A stretch of 64,000 nt of DNA from Octopus sinensis (GCF_006345805.1 NC_043014.1:6820001-6884000), one strand, 5' to 3'. Shown: positions 36,020 to 49,044, counted from the first letter of the stretch. Program-made: numbers and translations. The notes: generated by a model from the sequence alone, not told the origin.

Positions 36020-36300
36020 ACATGGAATTGCCGAAATCAAGCCATTTGCCTCCTGATGGGTTGGTTTGACTTTTCAAAAGCAGTCGTATATTTTACACCT
36101 ACACTCACTTCACCAGATGATATTCAGGAGAACTATACCGCAGTAACCGATAGCAATTTCAATGAACGATATTACCAACACACATACTCTTTCAGGTCTA
36201 CGAGGATTGGAATAAACTCCACTTCTTTATCTGGTGTCATCTGGAAGCTTAGATGCTAAGTGTATAACGTCATATTATAACTTGGTGCATGCCATACTTG
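36020..36300 (+). mobile_element. Degenerate Penelope-like GIY-YIG endonuclease fragment
   Basis: SKAVVY...YTAVTDSNFNERYYQHTYSF...NSTSLSGVIWKL aligns by eye with SKTIIY...YVGLTEGNFKARF..H..SF...TQLSNHIWSL of the 44.4 kb element. Confidence 0.5.
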
Positions 36301-37141
36301 AAGAGGTTACATAATTGTAGCTTCTGTTTCTGTGAGAAGCTTCGTATCCTGAAGCAACCTTAACAAGAAATCGAGGGGATTTCCAATAGCCGTCACAGAT
36401 GAGGATTTACTTGGATAAGTGTCATGCAGCCAACATAGAAAATGCTGACAGGAAAACTCAAGAAATTAATTCACTTGCAAATAAAAGTTAGTCTCAATTC
36501 ATTGGCTTTCCCTGCCCTGTAGCAGCCTCTTTATAAGTTGATAGCATCTAGAAGTAACTTGCACTCTACAACAACTAATCAAGGTCACTAATATGCAATA
36601 AGGTCACACTTTTCAAGCTGATATGCAATAAGGTCACACTTTTCAAGCCTTCAATGATAGCAGTGATCTGGTTGATTAGATAATGGAACTCCGTTACTAA
36701 TAATGAATTATCAGTGAAATTCCAAGTCAGTCTCCGGCAACACACGACAAACTATACAAAATGCGCTGAGTATTACCAACACTATTTTCTTTCGATTGTA
36801 TATAAACACGTGCATATATTCACATGCCTATATGCACATATATACATGCAAGTACATATATGTGTGCATCTAGTTCATAAATAAGCCATATTTTCTTATT
36901 TGTCGTATATTTTGATTCATCTCATAACGTTATAATTATTTATTGAATAAGCTCAATATAAAAAAAAAACACGTATTAGTGCTTGATTGGATTAGAACTT
37001 GAATTCCGACTACTTCATCCACGGCAAGACCCACGGCACCAATAGTAGCTATAAAGAAACCTAGATCGTGTTTATATAGAGGGAGTAAAGTAGATAAACA
37101 TAGTTAAACTTCACATACATATTTACATGGACCACTAAAAA

Positions 37142-37538
37142 TCTTTATATATAAAAGTCAAGTTGTGTGAGAGTCTGTCTCCTCCGATTTAGATTCCTAA
37201 CTACTCCCACATTTTGCGGTGCAGTTTAACCAAAACCGGGTATCTTATAGTCGTGATTCATATCGAGCCCTTCTGGGTATTAGCGCGCGTCTACGATGAG
37301 TCTACGATTTTAAAAATAATTTACCATCATTTTTTTCATTTTAATGCATTTTTTAATGTAAGGGAAGTAACTCTCTAAAAATGTCTACGATGAGTCAACG
37401 ATTTTAAAAAAAAATTTACCATCGTATTTTTTCCCATTTTTAATGCATTTTTTCGCTATTTTTTGGCTATAACTCTCTAAAAATGCTTATATAGTTATTT
37501 CCCTTACAAACCCGAGCAACGCCGAACGATACTGCTAA
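37142..37538 (+). mobile_element. Non-autonomous Helitron-like element, family H2
   Basis: Starts A|TCTTTATATATAAAAGTCAAGTTG and ends CCCGAGCAACGCCGAACGATACTGCTAA (CTRR). Termini resemble H1; the interior is unrelated. Confidence 0.72.
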
Positions 37539-37683
37539 GGGATCTCTCTCTCTCTCTCTCTTACTCTGTGTATGTGTGTGTAAGTGTGTGTGTGTGTGCG
37601 TGCGTGTGTGTGTTAAATAAAATGAGACAGCAAAGCCGAAGACGTGTGGAATTTTCAGGACATTTATAAAGAGAAAGTTGCTT

Positions 37684-37841
37684 TTACAGCTGTTTCTGGT
37701 ATATTAGGGATATCCCTTCATGAGAGACGATCTGAGATAGTTAAATAGAGGGAGATAATAGAGTTCTATATTATTTCTATTTAACTATCTCACATCGTCT
37801 CTCGTGAAGGGATATTCCTAATATCCCAGAAACAGCTGTAA
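37684..37841. repeat. 66 bp inverted repeat (26 bp spacer), each arm with a decayed hammerhead-like motif
   Basis: Arms 37684-37749 and 37776-37841: CTC(A/G)TGA-AGGGATAT..ATAT(A/C)CCA-GAAA-CAGCTG-TA. Confidence 0.75.
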
Positions 37842-38247
37842 GGCCAACTTATTCCTTGGCATTTGAATGTCGTTGAATGTCGTGATTCGTATATTCACCT
37901 GATGAAAACGGTTTTTTCTAATGTAATGTCTCCACCATTAATTAATTTTTAATTCGGTGGAAACAACCGTAGTGGAGAGACACATTATCCTACTCTTATG
38001 CCACTTTAAATAAAACCCTTGATTCAACAGCACTGTGTACAAACTCTATACTTGGAATGACCAATTTTGAATACTATCGGATTTTACTCACAAGGTATTG
38101 GAATCTTATATGTATACCATTCTCCCTAAATAATGGATCTACAAATGCAATATCACTGCATATCTCACATCTATTTTCGTTCCTCCACTTCACTCTCTAT
38201 TTCGTATCTTATCTAAATTAACTATTGCTTAACTATTTTCTCACGCC

Positions 38248-38299
38248 GTCTCCGATGAAGGGATATAATAAATAAATATCCTGGAAACAGCTGTAAGAC
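38248..38299 (+). ncRNA. Candidate minimal type I hammerhead ribozyme (core CCGAUGA)
   Basis: Stem I GTCT/AGAC; CCGATGA; stem II GGGATAT/ATATCCT; GAAA; palindromic stem III ACAGCTGT; GUA cleavage triplet. Confidence 0.6.
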
Positions 38300-38446
38300 C
38301 TTCTATCCATGAATGTTCTAAAATCTTCACAGCTTTGGTTTTTTTATCACATTTTGAAAAAAAAATATTTATATATATATATACTAGCTTAAGGTGACCC
38401 GCTCTACGTGCGGGTAAGAGTGTGGTTGTTATTTTCTGTTCCATTC

Positions 38447-38773
38447 TTTCGGCACGTAAAAAGCACCATCCGAACGTGGCTGATGGCAGCGCCACCTTGA
38501 CTGGCTTCTGTGCCGGTGGCACGTAAAAAGCAGCAACCGATCGTGGCCACTGCCAGTGCCCCTCCCCCCGTGGCACCTGTGCCGGTGGCACGAAAAAGGC
38601 ACCCACTACAATCACGGAGTTGTTGGCGTCAGGAAGGGCATCCACCTGTAGAAACACTGCCAGATCAGACTGGAGCCTGGTGCAGCCTCCTGGCTTCCCA
38701 GACCCCGGTCAAACCGTCCAACCCGTGCTAGCACGGAAAATGGACGTTAAACGATGATGATGATGATGATGAT
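38447..38773 (+). mobile_element. Family C copy
   Basis: Three subrepeats, GGCGTCAGGAAGGGCATCC, (GAT)n tail. Confidence 0.78.
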
Positions 38774-39614
38774 TCTCTCTCCCTTTCCCACTCTCTTACT
38801 TTTCCTTTCTCTCGGACTCTCCCTCGCTTTCTCTTACTCTCTGTCTATCTCTCTCCCATTTATAAACAACAAAAGATCTTGAGTAAGTTGAGAAAGAAAG
38901 TAGTTTGAAAGATCAATCATAAATATCAGGCAGTGACAACGGAAAGGTCTGTTTCAAGGCAGACAGCAAAACACTAACATTTAAAAGGGACAGACGAACT
39001 TGCGGGCTGAATAAAAATTTAAAAAATCAAAGTTTGAAGGGATAGAATCTGAGGATAGTAGAGTCACCATGGCTGGCATTTCTTAACGACGAACAGCAAC
39101 GTATTGACAGTTTAACGACTGGCGTAAAATTTTGAACTTGATGTAAAAGAAAATTCCTAAACACCAAGCTTTGAAATGATTCTTTCTCATGACAGTAGAC
39201 TCACCATGACAAGCATTCAAAACTTCTTCATCATGGACGGCAACACATTGACGATTTAAAGGCTGGCGCAAATTTTTTAGCTTGATGTAACAGAATTCCT
39301 AAACACCCGCTCCTGTAAATTTTAATCCCCTTCAAGCCCCATTTAGACCTCTTTTCACCTTTTGGTTAATATAACCCGATTTCATTCGGATCTACTCGGG
39401 TCACATTTTATAAGATGACGAATTTTGTCCTAGAGGTCACGCCTTTCATTTGAGGAAAAAAATAGTTGCCATGCAAACTCGCCAGCAATTTTAACATAGG
39501 TGTGCATATTTTCAGCACAACCGATCACATAATGCACACATTATATATATATATATGTATTATATATATATATATGTGTGTGTGTGTGTACGCATTATAT
39601 ATACAAACGTATAC

Positions 39615-39671
<57 letters not shown>

Positions 39672-39900
39672 AATTAAATTAGAGATAAAACCACTATTAG
39701 GCAAATCAAACAGTGAAAAACATAAACGAAAACATAAAAATTAAAATATAATATACAAAATATATAAATATATAAAATTTAAAAATTTAAATTATTTAAA
39801 TTTAAAATTAAAATTATTAATTTATATTTATAATTTAAAAAAATATATATATAACTATTAAAAAGTATTAAAAAGTTTAATATACATATTTATATATAGA

Positions 39901-39935
<35 letters not shown>

Positions 39936-40440
39936 AATATATATGTTAACCCAATAAATATCTGATTCATAATATTTGTTCTCATGATTGTGTGGTTGTG
40001 GTGGTGGTGGCGATGATAATTCTGTCTATGGATGCAGACAGACGTAGAAAGAGAGAGAGTGTGAAAGCGCTGTCGAAGGCGGGGAGGGGGAGATATAGAA
40101 CTCCGTGACACGAAGTTATAAAGAGAAAGTGAAGGGGAGTTAGACGCTGTTATACGACGTTATATATAGAAAGTGATGGGAAGGGAGGAAAGAGAGTGAG
40201 TGACGGAGGAAGACAGATACATAAAAGAATGAGAGTAGACTTGTCAAAGTGCGTTTTTGGCCCTAGCAACGACACCTTTTAAGATAGGGATTTGTAACCT
40301 AGCCCACTGGCATCTTCACCTCATTTTACATCTCCCTGTAAATTTTGGCCTTTAACCCGTTCTCAATGCCAAAACCTGACAAACAAACAAACTTTTCGCA
40401 TTTCAGATTTATAATATATATATAATATATATATATATAT

Positions 40441-40655
40441 TACTCTTTTACTCTCTCTTTTACTTGTTTCAGTCATTTGACTGCGGCCATGCTGGAGCAC
40501 CACCTTTAGTCGAGCAAATCGACCCCGGGACTTATTCTTTGTAAGCCCAGTACTTATTCTATCGGTCTTTTATGCCGAACCGCTAAGTTACGGGGACGTA
40601 AACACACCAGCATCGGTTGTCAAGCAATGCTAGGGGAACAAAGAGAGACACGCAA

Positions 40656-40694
<39 letters not shown>

Positions 40695-40865
40695 CATATA
40701 TACGACAGGCTTCTTTCAGTTTCCGTCTACCAAATCCACTCACAAGGCATTGGTCGGCCCGGGGCTATAGCAGAAGACACTTGCCCAAGATGCCACGCAG
40801 CAGGACCGAACCCGGAACCATGTGGTTGGTTAGCAAGCTACTTACCACACAGCCACTCCTGCGCC
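40441..40865 (-). mobile_element. SINE family A
   Basis: Full reverse-complement copy. Confidence 0.85.
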
Positions 40866-41171
40866 TATATATATATATTTATAGTTAATCCAAACATGAA
40901 AACACAAAGAGAAAACAATAACGCGGGGCTTGAAGGTGTTGCTGCAGGAAGGAGCGCAGGTCAGGCATGGTGGGAAGGTGTGAATGTCTGTGTAGGTGTA
41001 AATGGTGGCGACACAAGTAGAAAAGTGGAAGTAGAAGAAGAAAGGTAAAAAGAGGACGAGGAAAAGTGGAAGAGTCACGAAGAAATATTTTTTGATTTCC
41101 AATCACGATTACCATGGCGTACGAAGTCAGTCGGAAGACCGGGTTCCGTGTGAGCGTGCGGCATATAAAGT

Positions 41172-41174
<3 letters not shown>

Positions 41175-41255
<81 letters not shown>

Positions 41256-41332
41256 TACATACATACCATATAAATATATATATATATATATATACATACA
41301 TATATATATATATATACATATATATATATTAT

Positions 41333-41393
<61 letters not shown>

Positions 41394-41401
41394 AATATAT
41401 C

Positions 41402-41444
<43 letters not shown>

Positions 41445-41580
41445 TTACATGTATGCATATATATATATGTATATACATATATGTATATATACACATACAC
41501 ACACACACACATATATATAGTTAAACACACACGTATCTCTCCCTCAGTCTCTCTCTCTCTCTCTCTCTAATATATATATA

Positions 41581-41613
<33 letters not shown>

Positions 41614-41620
41614 GTATATA

Positions 41621-41671
<51 letters not shown>

Positions 41672-41697
41672 CATACATACATACACATCATACATAA

Positions 41698-41737
<40 letters not shown>

Positions 41738-41750
41738 TATATAATATATT
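41175..41750. repeat. (TA)n/(CA)n/(CT)n compound microsatellite block
   Basis: Seen directly. Confidence 0.92.
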
Positions 41751-42559
41751 TAGTGAATCTTGCATGCATGATGTGGATTTGATCCACCATAGCCAAATTT
41801 AAATTAAATTAACACTGCAACAGATTTATTCCCACGATGGAACAATGGTTTTTCCCTGACAGCAGTTTTACATTTTCCAGATGCCTTTATCTAGGCCGAA
41901 ATACTGTTTTCACCACTTGACCCTTTTTAACATCTTCTACTTCACCAAAAGCAAGAATAGATAACAAGACCACCAACTAAATCTATTGTGCTCAATGGTA
42001 TGTCTATCCTTCTGGATAGTTATATAAGCAAGCATCCCACAAGCAAAAATCAGTTAGCCACTGCGGTGACAACTCAATGAGAACGAAGTCTGGCTGACCA
42101 GCTAGAACATTGGTCTGAGGGAGAAATGAAGTACTGCCAGCAACTGTGAGACAATATTCCACACCCTACAACTCTCACTAGCTCTAATTCTGTTCAGTTA
42201 CGACATCATTCTATCTCTCTCTGTATTTACTACTACTAAACATTGAAGAGGACACAAACACAAACTTTATTTCGCATGCTTTTGGATTTATCATAACCTG
42301 CCCGTCGAGGCAAGGTAACTGTAACGTAACGGTAAATAAATACTTTCTTAAAACTTCATGCATTGTTGATCTCTCACATCCTACAGAATGCAATTATAAC
42401 AACAAATTTTTATCGTCACACCAACTGACTTCAACGTCAACATAATGTTTACAAATCACTATTAACCGTTACAATTGGTGACACTCGACTTGAAACAAAA
42501 ACTTTATCGTTACAACTAAGAACCGTTACATATATATATAAAATATATATAAAAATACA

Positions 42560-42875
42560 AAATGGGACAAGAACGCAAAACATTCAAATAGACGACACAA
42601 AAAAAAACGGACGGGTCATTCGAAGCCTCTAATCTTCAGTCAAGAACCAGATCATCCTCGGAATTTCGGCTGATTAATCTTGAGATCGCTCCGATCCGGC
42701 CAGCCCCAAGGAAAAACTAAGCTACGAGCATTAGATTTCTTGGAAAAAGGATCGAATGTATACGAAACAAGGACAGGAAAACGGACGATGCCACACGAAT
42801 ATAAATACAAAAAAACAATAATAGTAATAACAGGACAAAAACAACAGGTGTCTTTCGACTTTAGACAGTTCAAAT
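42560..42875 (-). repeat. Family G interspersed repeat between (TA)n/(TATG)n tracts
   Basis: CATTCGAAGCC..ATCTTCAGTCA and CCAGCCCC..AAAAACTAAGCT..GAGCATTAGATT motifs are shared with 48130..48440 and 48845..48978. Confidence 0.55.
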
Positions 42876-42923
42876 GTATGTATGTATGTATGTATGTATG
42901 TATGTATGTATGTATGTATGTAT

Positions 42924-43153
42924 AAGGTGGTGAGCTGGCAGAAACGTTAGCACGCCGGGCGAAATGCGTAGCCGTATTTCGTCTGTCTTTATATTCTGAG
43001 TTCAAATTTAGCCGAGGTCAACTTTGCCTTTCATCCTTTCGGAGTCGATAAATTAAGTACCTGTTAGGCACTGGGTCGATGTAATCGACTTAATCCGTTT
43101 GTCTGTCCTTGTTTGTTTCCCTGTGTGTTTAGCCCTTGTGGGTAGTAAAGAAA
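42924..43153 (+). mobile_element. SINE family B (B1)
   Basis: Full copy. Confidence 0.85.
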
Positions 43154-43187
43154 TATATATATATATATATATATATAATATAATATA

Positions 43188-44400
43188 TATCTTATACAAT
43201 ATGTACATTAATCGGTAGTCAGATAAACTCTGAGTTTCAGATGCCGAAGTGGAAATCCACAACACCATCCTCTTCGGTTATCTGGCTATTTGAAAACGTT
43301 ATGAAAAACATACCGTTAAAAATGAAGGGAAATTACTCTGTTATAACTCTGCTTTGCCTGCGTACTTATACATCGCTCGCATTTTGCGTCATAAAAATTA
43401 ATAAAAATACATAAAATATATAAAATATATAAAATATATAAAACTTCTTGGACATAACACAGAAAGCATGTTCTATCCGTTTTCTTTAGGGGACCAAAAA
43501 CGTAACAGAATTTAGTCACATGTGGGCATGATCCGAAAAGCTCTGTCCTTGTATTTAGACATGTGGTAGGGTCTAAGCTGCTTTTCCAGATAAGCCATCT
43601 CTCCATGTCGCATAAACCGCACCTTCCGCTGCCCGTTAGTATAGGGCTTACATCTGGCCAAAATCTTCCATTGTATGTTATAATCGACACCTTTATTTCT
43701 TAAAGACCAAATATGATTGGTATTGTGTCGCTTTTCTTTTGTTCCAGTGCCTAAAGCTCAAAGTGTGGTTATTGAACCTGGCCTTGAAATTACCCTCTGT
43801 CAGGCCCACGTATTTCTTCGTCGAAACGGTGTCTTTTAGTGGTTATAGAGTTTCGGTAGCTTCATATGATGGTCTTGGACATGCAAGCTCCATTTAGCGG
43901 GCAAATTCTTTATTCCTGCATGAACAGCTGTTTTCCTTCTTGTGTTTTTTGTATGTTATGATTGATTAATTTTTTTAAATTGGGTAGTTGAACTAAACTA
44001 ATTTTTAAATTGTGTCTATTAAAGAGTTTCCTATAAGCATGGTTACTGGAAAATTCTATCTATCAGTGCTAGGAAATATTTACCTATATTGAAGGCCACC
44101 TCGGTGAGTAAGGGGGCGTAAACCAGATGACCTTCCTATTTCTATTATTCCTTTTCCTTATTGTTGGGCTGGTGATAGGTGTATATTTTATTTTTTCGCT
44201 AAAAACCACTATCTTTTTAAAGCTTTATATAAACTGGGGCAACGCTATTGAAGATGTCCTCATTAGATGAGAGGCTAGAAATCCTCTTACTATTTTTTAA
44301 CTAAATTTTTGAATACTATAGGTGGATGGCATGAACCTACATTAATATAACTTAGTCTATCATTGGGCTTCCTATAAGGCTTATAAATATTATTATTATA
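43188..44400 (-). mobile_element. Penelope-like retroelement, 5'-truncated (RT thumb, GIY-YIG endonuclease, 3' UTR)
   Basis: Minus strand: IYKPYRKPNDRLSYINVGSCHPP...KRISSLSSNEDIF...ALKDSGFSEKIKY, VIWFTPPYS, FNRHNLKISFS, CPLNGACMSKTIIYEAT, YVGLTEGNFKARF, CGLCDMERWLI, LNTRTEL. Confidence 0.88.
43220..43284 (-). ncRNA. Candidate hammerhead ribozyme in the PLE 3' region (core CCGAAGA)
   Basis: CAGATAA-CCGAAGA-GGATG...CATCT-GAAA-CTCAGAG-TT-TATCTG. The stem I register has one bulged A. The motif recurs at 45330..45392 (+). Confidence 0.5.
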
Positions 44401-45488
44401 TTTTTAGCGAAAAAATAAAATATACACCTATCACCAGCCCAACAATAAGGAAAAGGAATAATAGAAATAGGAAGGTCATCTGGTTTACGCCCCCTTACTC
44501 ACCCGAGGTGGCCTTCAATATAGGTAAATATTTCCTAGCACTGATAGATAGACATTTTCCAGTTAACCATGCTTATAGGAAACTCTTTAATAGACACAAT
44601 TTAAAAATTAGTTTTAGTTCAACTACCAATTTTAAAAACATATCAATCATAACATACAAAAAACACAAGAAGAAAACAGCTGTTCATGCAGGAAAAAGAA
44701 TTGTGCCCGCTAAATGGAGCTTGCATGTCCAAGACCATCATATATGAAGCTACCGTAAACTCTATAACCACTAAAGACCCGTTTCGACGAAGAAATACGT
44801 GGGCCTGACAGAGGGTAATTTCAAGGCCAGGTTCAATACCACACTTTGAGCTTTAGGCACTGGAACAAAAGAAAAGCGACACAATTATCCAATCATATTT
44901 GGTCTTTAAGAGATAAAGGTGTCGATTATAACATCCAATGGAAGATTTTGGCCAGATGTAAGCCCTATACTAACGGCAGACAGGTGCGGTTTATGCGACA
45001 TGGAGAGATGGCTTATCTGGAAAAGCAGCTTAGACCCTACCACATGTCTAAATACAAGGACAGAGCTTTTCGGATCATGCCCACATGTGACTAAATTTCT
45101 GTTACGTTTTTGGTCCCCTAAAGAAAACGGATAGAACATGCTTTCTGTGTTATGTCCCAAGAAGATTTTATATATTTTTATATATTTTTATATATTTTTA
45201 TGTTATTATTTTTTAAATTTTTATGACGAAAAATGCGAGCGATGTAAAGTACGCAGGCAAAGCAGAAGTTATAACAGAGTAATTTCCCTTCATTTTTAAC
45301 GGTATTTTTTCATAACGTTTTCAAATAGCCAGATAACCGAAGAGATGGTGTTGTGGATTTCCACTTCGGCATCTGAAACTCAGAGTTTATCTTGACTACC
45401 GAGTAATGTAACATATTGTATAGATAAATTTCCTCTGTTTACATAATATTGAGGTCCTTTCTTCTTTTGCTATCTTACCGTTTTATCA

Positions 45489-45490
<2 letters not shown>
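44401..45490 (+). mobile_element. Penelope-like retroelement, inverted second copy
   Basis: 44401..45426 is the reverse complement of 43188..44205, differing mostly by 1 bp indels; ORF pieces 44508, 44846 and 44919. Confidence 0.88.
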
Positions 45491-45530
<40 letters not shown>

Positions 45531-45552
45531 GCATGTATATATAATGTTAGTT

Positions 45553-45733
45553 ATTTAGATAGTTAATTTTTTGGCTCAAAAAGCAAAAAGCAAGGCCATG
45601 TAGGGGGACATGGAGTTATGTACAGGGAGGGTGTTCATGCAAAGAGTTCAGGCCACTTGAAGTCAAGGGAGACTTTGAACTAAGCGGTCGTCGGCATCTT
45701 CACCATCTCGTCTGGCAGCTTATTCCACGGATC
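45553..45733 (-). mobile_element. CR1/L2-group LINE 3'-end fragment (third family)
   Basis: Minus strand PWNKLPDEMVKMPTTA*FKVSLDFKWPELF, followed by a 3' UTR. Confidence 0.55.
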
Positions 45734-45734
45734 A

Positions 45735-45943
45735 TATATATGTGTGTGTGAGGTGTGTGGTGTGTGTGTGTATAATATATATACGCACACACAGCAGTAT
45801 ATATGACTGTGTGTGAGCATCTGTCAATGTGTAATTGTGTATGTGTGTGTGCGTGTGTGCGTGTGTTGTGTGTGTGTGTGTGCGCGTGCGCGCGTGCGTG
45901 TGTGTGTGTGCGTGTGTGTGTGTGTGAGTGTGTGTGCGCGCGC

Positions 45944-45985
<42 letters not shown>

Positions 45986-45990
45986 GTGTC
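45735..45990. repeat. (GT)n/(GC)n alternating purine-pyrimidine microsatellite
   Basis: Seen directly. Confidence 0.9.
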
Positions 45991-46688
45991 GGCGCAATGA
46001 CTAGACTGACTTGTTGCAAATATGTAGCGGACTGCTCACGTGACAGTGGATGAGGGTGCAAAAGATAGCGCAAGAGTAGACTTGCATAAGCGGGGGGAGG
46101 GGGGTATTGGTGTGAGGTAAAGTATGGTAGAGAGTGGGAGGAAGACACTGGCGATGAATGGAAATTTCAAATCTCTTTGTGCGCGTGTGTCTGTGTGTCT
46201 GTGTGTCTGTGTGTCTGTGTCTGCGCGCGCGCGCGCAAATGCATGTGTCACTCCGTGTATGCGTGTGCGTGTGAGTGCGTGTATGTGTGTATAAGCGGTC
46301 TGTTGCGCGCGTGAATGCCGGTGTCTGTGTATTTGCACACATCTAGTTTCTGTTAATACTGTTCTTGGTGTATTTCACTTATTCAAATGTATAATATATA
46401 TATACCGGAGTAAACATAAATGTGAAACAAGGTGGAGAAAGAGAGTACTCAAATACCCGTGTAGAGTAATATGCTTTATTTAAAAGCAAGTAACACGTTT
46501 TGTTGAATTTTTTTGCAGCTTTAAATAAAGCATATATATATGTATATGTAATATATATATATTTATATTATTATAATATATATAATATATATATAATATA
46601 TATATAAACACACATATATTATATATATTATATATATATATATATAATACTATATATATATAATATATATATAATATATATTATATAG

Positions 46689-46729
<41 letters not shown>

Positions 46730-47126
46730 GGCGCAGGAGTGGCTGTGTGGTTAGTAGCTTGCTAACCAACCACATGGTTCCGGGTTCAGTCCCACTGCGT
46801 GGCATCTTGGGCAAGTGTCTTCTGCTATAGCCCCCGGGCCGAGCAAAGCCTTGTGAGGGATTTGGTAGACGGAAACTGAAAGAAGCCTGTCGTATATATA
46901 TGTTATATATATATATATATATGTGTTGTCTGTGTTTTGTCTCCCTAGCATTGCTTGACAACCGATGCTGGTATGCTTACGTCCCCGTCACTTAGCGGTT
47001 CGGCAAAGAAGACCGATAGAATAAGTACTGGGCTACAAAATAATCCCGGGTCGATTTGCTCGACTAAAGGCGGTGCTCCAACATGGCCGCAGCCAAATGA
47101 CTGAAACAATAAAAGAGTAAAAGAGT
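46730..47126 (+). mobile_element. SINE family A (many 1 bp indels)
   Basis: Full copy. Confidence 0.82.
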
Positions 47127-47347
47127 TATATATATATATAATATATATATATTATATATATATATTATAATAGTTAATCCAGCATGAAAACACAACGCGG
47201 ACGTGGAACAAATATAGTATTATTGGATGCTCAGGAAGTACATATATATATATAATATATATAATATATAATATATATATAATATAATTGATGTATAGTT
47301 TCCTATAACATTATATGAGTATATAGGCATATCTACATATATAAATT

Positions 47348-47500
47348 GTGGTACTCCGTCGGTTGCAGCGATGAGGGTTCCAGTTGATCCGATCAACCGG
47401 AGCCTCGCACATTAAACACTCACAATGCCCGGTCTGGGAATCGAAACCGCGATCCTACGACCGCGAGACCGCTGCCCTAACCTTTGGGCCACTGCACCTC

Positions 47501-47502
<2 letters not shown>
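47348..47502 (-). mobile_element. Internally deleted family F (F1) SINE
   Basis: Head and F1 tail end are retained; the middle ~230 bp is missing. Confidence 0.7.
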
Positions 47503-47537
<35 letters not shown>

Positions 47538-47685
47538 TGTGTGTGTGTGGGGGGGGGGTTGTGTGTGTATACACACATACACACACACACATATATAGGG
47601 AGAGTTTACGAAAAAAAAAAGGCGAAGACAGGTGGTGTACAAAGCAAACAGATGTATTAGTATAACGCTCAGGATTTGAAGAAGT

Positions 47686-47721
47686 CTTTTACGTTTCGAG
47701 CCTACGCTCTTCTACAGAAAG
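47686..47721 (-). ncRNA. Candidate minimal hammerhead-like motif (core CUGUAGA)
   Basis: CTTT-CTGTAGA-A-GAGC GTAG GCTC-GAAA-CG-T-A-AAAG: stem I CTTT/AAAG, palindromic ACGT stem III. Confidence 0.45.
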
Positions 47722-47787
47722 GGGCACAGAAAAAACAAGGAGAGAAAAATGTGTGTAGTGGCTAACGATATATATATATATGTTATG

Positions 47788-47820
<33 letters not shown>

Positions 47821-47822
47821 CA

Positions 47823-47879
<57 letters not shown>

Positions 47880-48094
47880 TATATATATATTATATAGTAT
47901 ATATATTATATATATATATATATATTATAAAATACTTTATAATTAGCGTTCAGCAAAGGTTTGCCTTACACATACCGAAGTTTAAGAAATAGCAGTCAAA
48001 CAACCTTAGCTATTCCTCTACTACTTTAAAAAGGTTCTTTGGCTGCTATTTCTAAAACACACCACATACATACATACATCACACACACCACACA

Positions 48095-48127
<33 letters not shown>

Positions 48128-48129
48128 GA

Positions 48130-48440
48130 ATGAATGTTTTTATATATAATGAACGTGAAATACAGGAAGGGACGAACACGGAACACAGACAAATCATTCG
48201 AAGCCTGCATCTTCAGTCAGACACCGAATCATCATAGCAAATTCGGCTGTTCAATTCTGATATTTGCTCCAACTCGGCCAGCCCCCAGAAAAAAAAAAAC
48301 TAAGCTGTAAGCATTAGATTTCTTGGTAGAAGACAGGAATGTGAACGCACAAACGGATGTGAATACAAGAGACGAAAACGAAATTGAAAAATAATGAATA
48401 AACAAAATATATATAACGGTGGTTGTCATACGACTTTAGA
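48130..48440 (-). repeat. Family G-related repeat; its first ~130 bp is repeated at 48845..48978
   Basis: GAATGTTTTTATATATA..ATGAACGTGAAATACAGGAAGGGACGAACACGG occurs at both sites. Confidence 0.6.
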
Positions 48441-49044
48441 CCAATGAGACAAAACAACAACAACATAGCAGCTGGCGTAGAAATAATTACCGTTTCGGTA
48501 GCGGGACACATGTTGGTCGAGATACGATGGCCAACAGAATGGTTTAAGAAGCAGCAGGTTGCAGGAGAGAGAGAGAAAGAGAGACAGAGAGAGAGGGAAT
48601 CAAAGAGGGTGGAAGGCAGGGGACAGAATCAGTGACCAAGAGAAAAGGAGAAAGAAGGGATTAAGGAGGATGGAGGAAGAGGGGAGGAGGATGGAGGAAG
48701 AGAGGGAAGATCGGAGGGCGCCAAAAAGTTTGGTGAAGAAGCAATGGCGGGTAGAAAGACAGTGTGTATAGAAGTCGTGCAGGGTTTAAAATTGGACAAA
48801 CAAACGGGGGGGTGCACGTAACGCGCGCAATAATATAAGAATGAATGTTTTTATATATATATGAACGTGAAATACAGGAAGGGACGAACACGGAACACAG
48901 ACAAATCATTCGAAGCCTTCAATCTTCAGTCAGACAACCGAATCATCATAGCAAATTTCGCGCTGTTCAATTCTGATATTTATATATATATATATATATA
49001 TATACTATATATAGTATATATATATATTATATATATTATATATA

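Noticed and set aside
39055-39307. Two diverged ~140 bp direct repeats, possibly part of a DNA transposon
   Set aside because: No termini, TSD or coding signal could be identified, so no element call was made.
42612-42645. Family G motif CTGAAGA...CGAAT (also ~24700, 48195, 48910) as a hammerhead
   Set aside because: GAAA is replaced by GAAT and I could not form convincing stems II and III.
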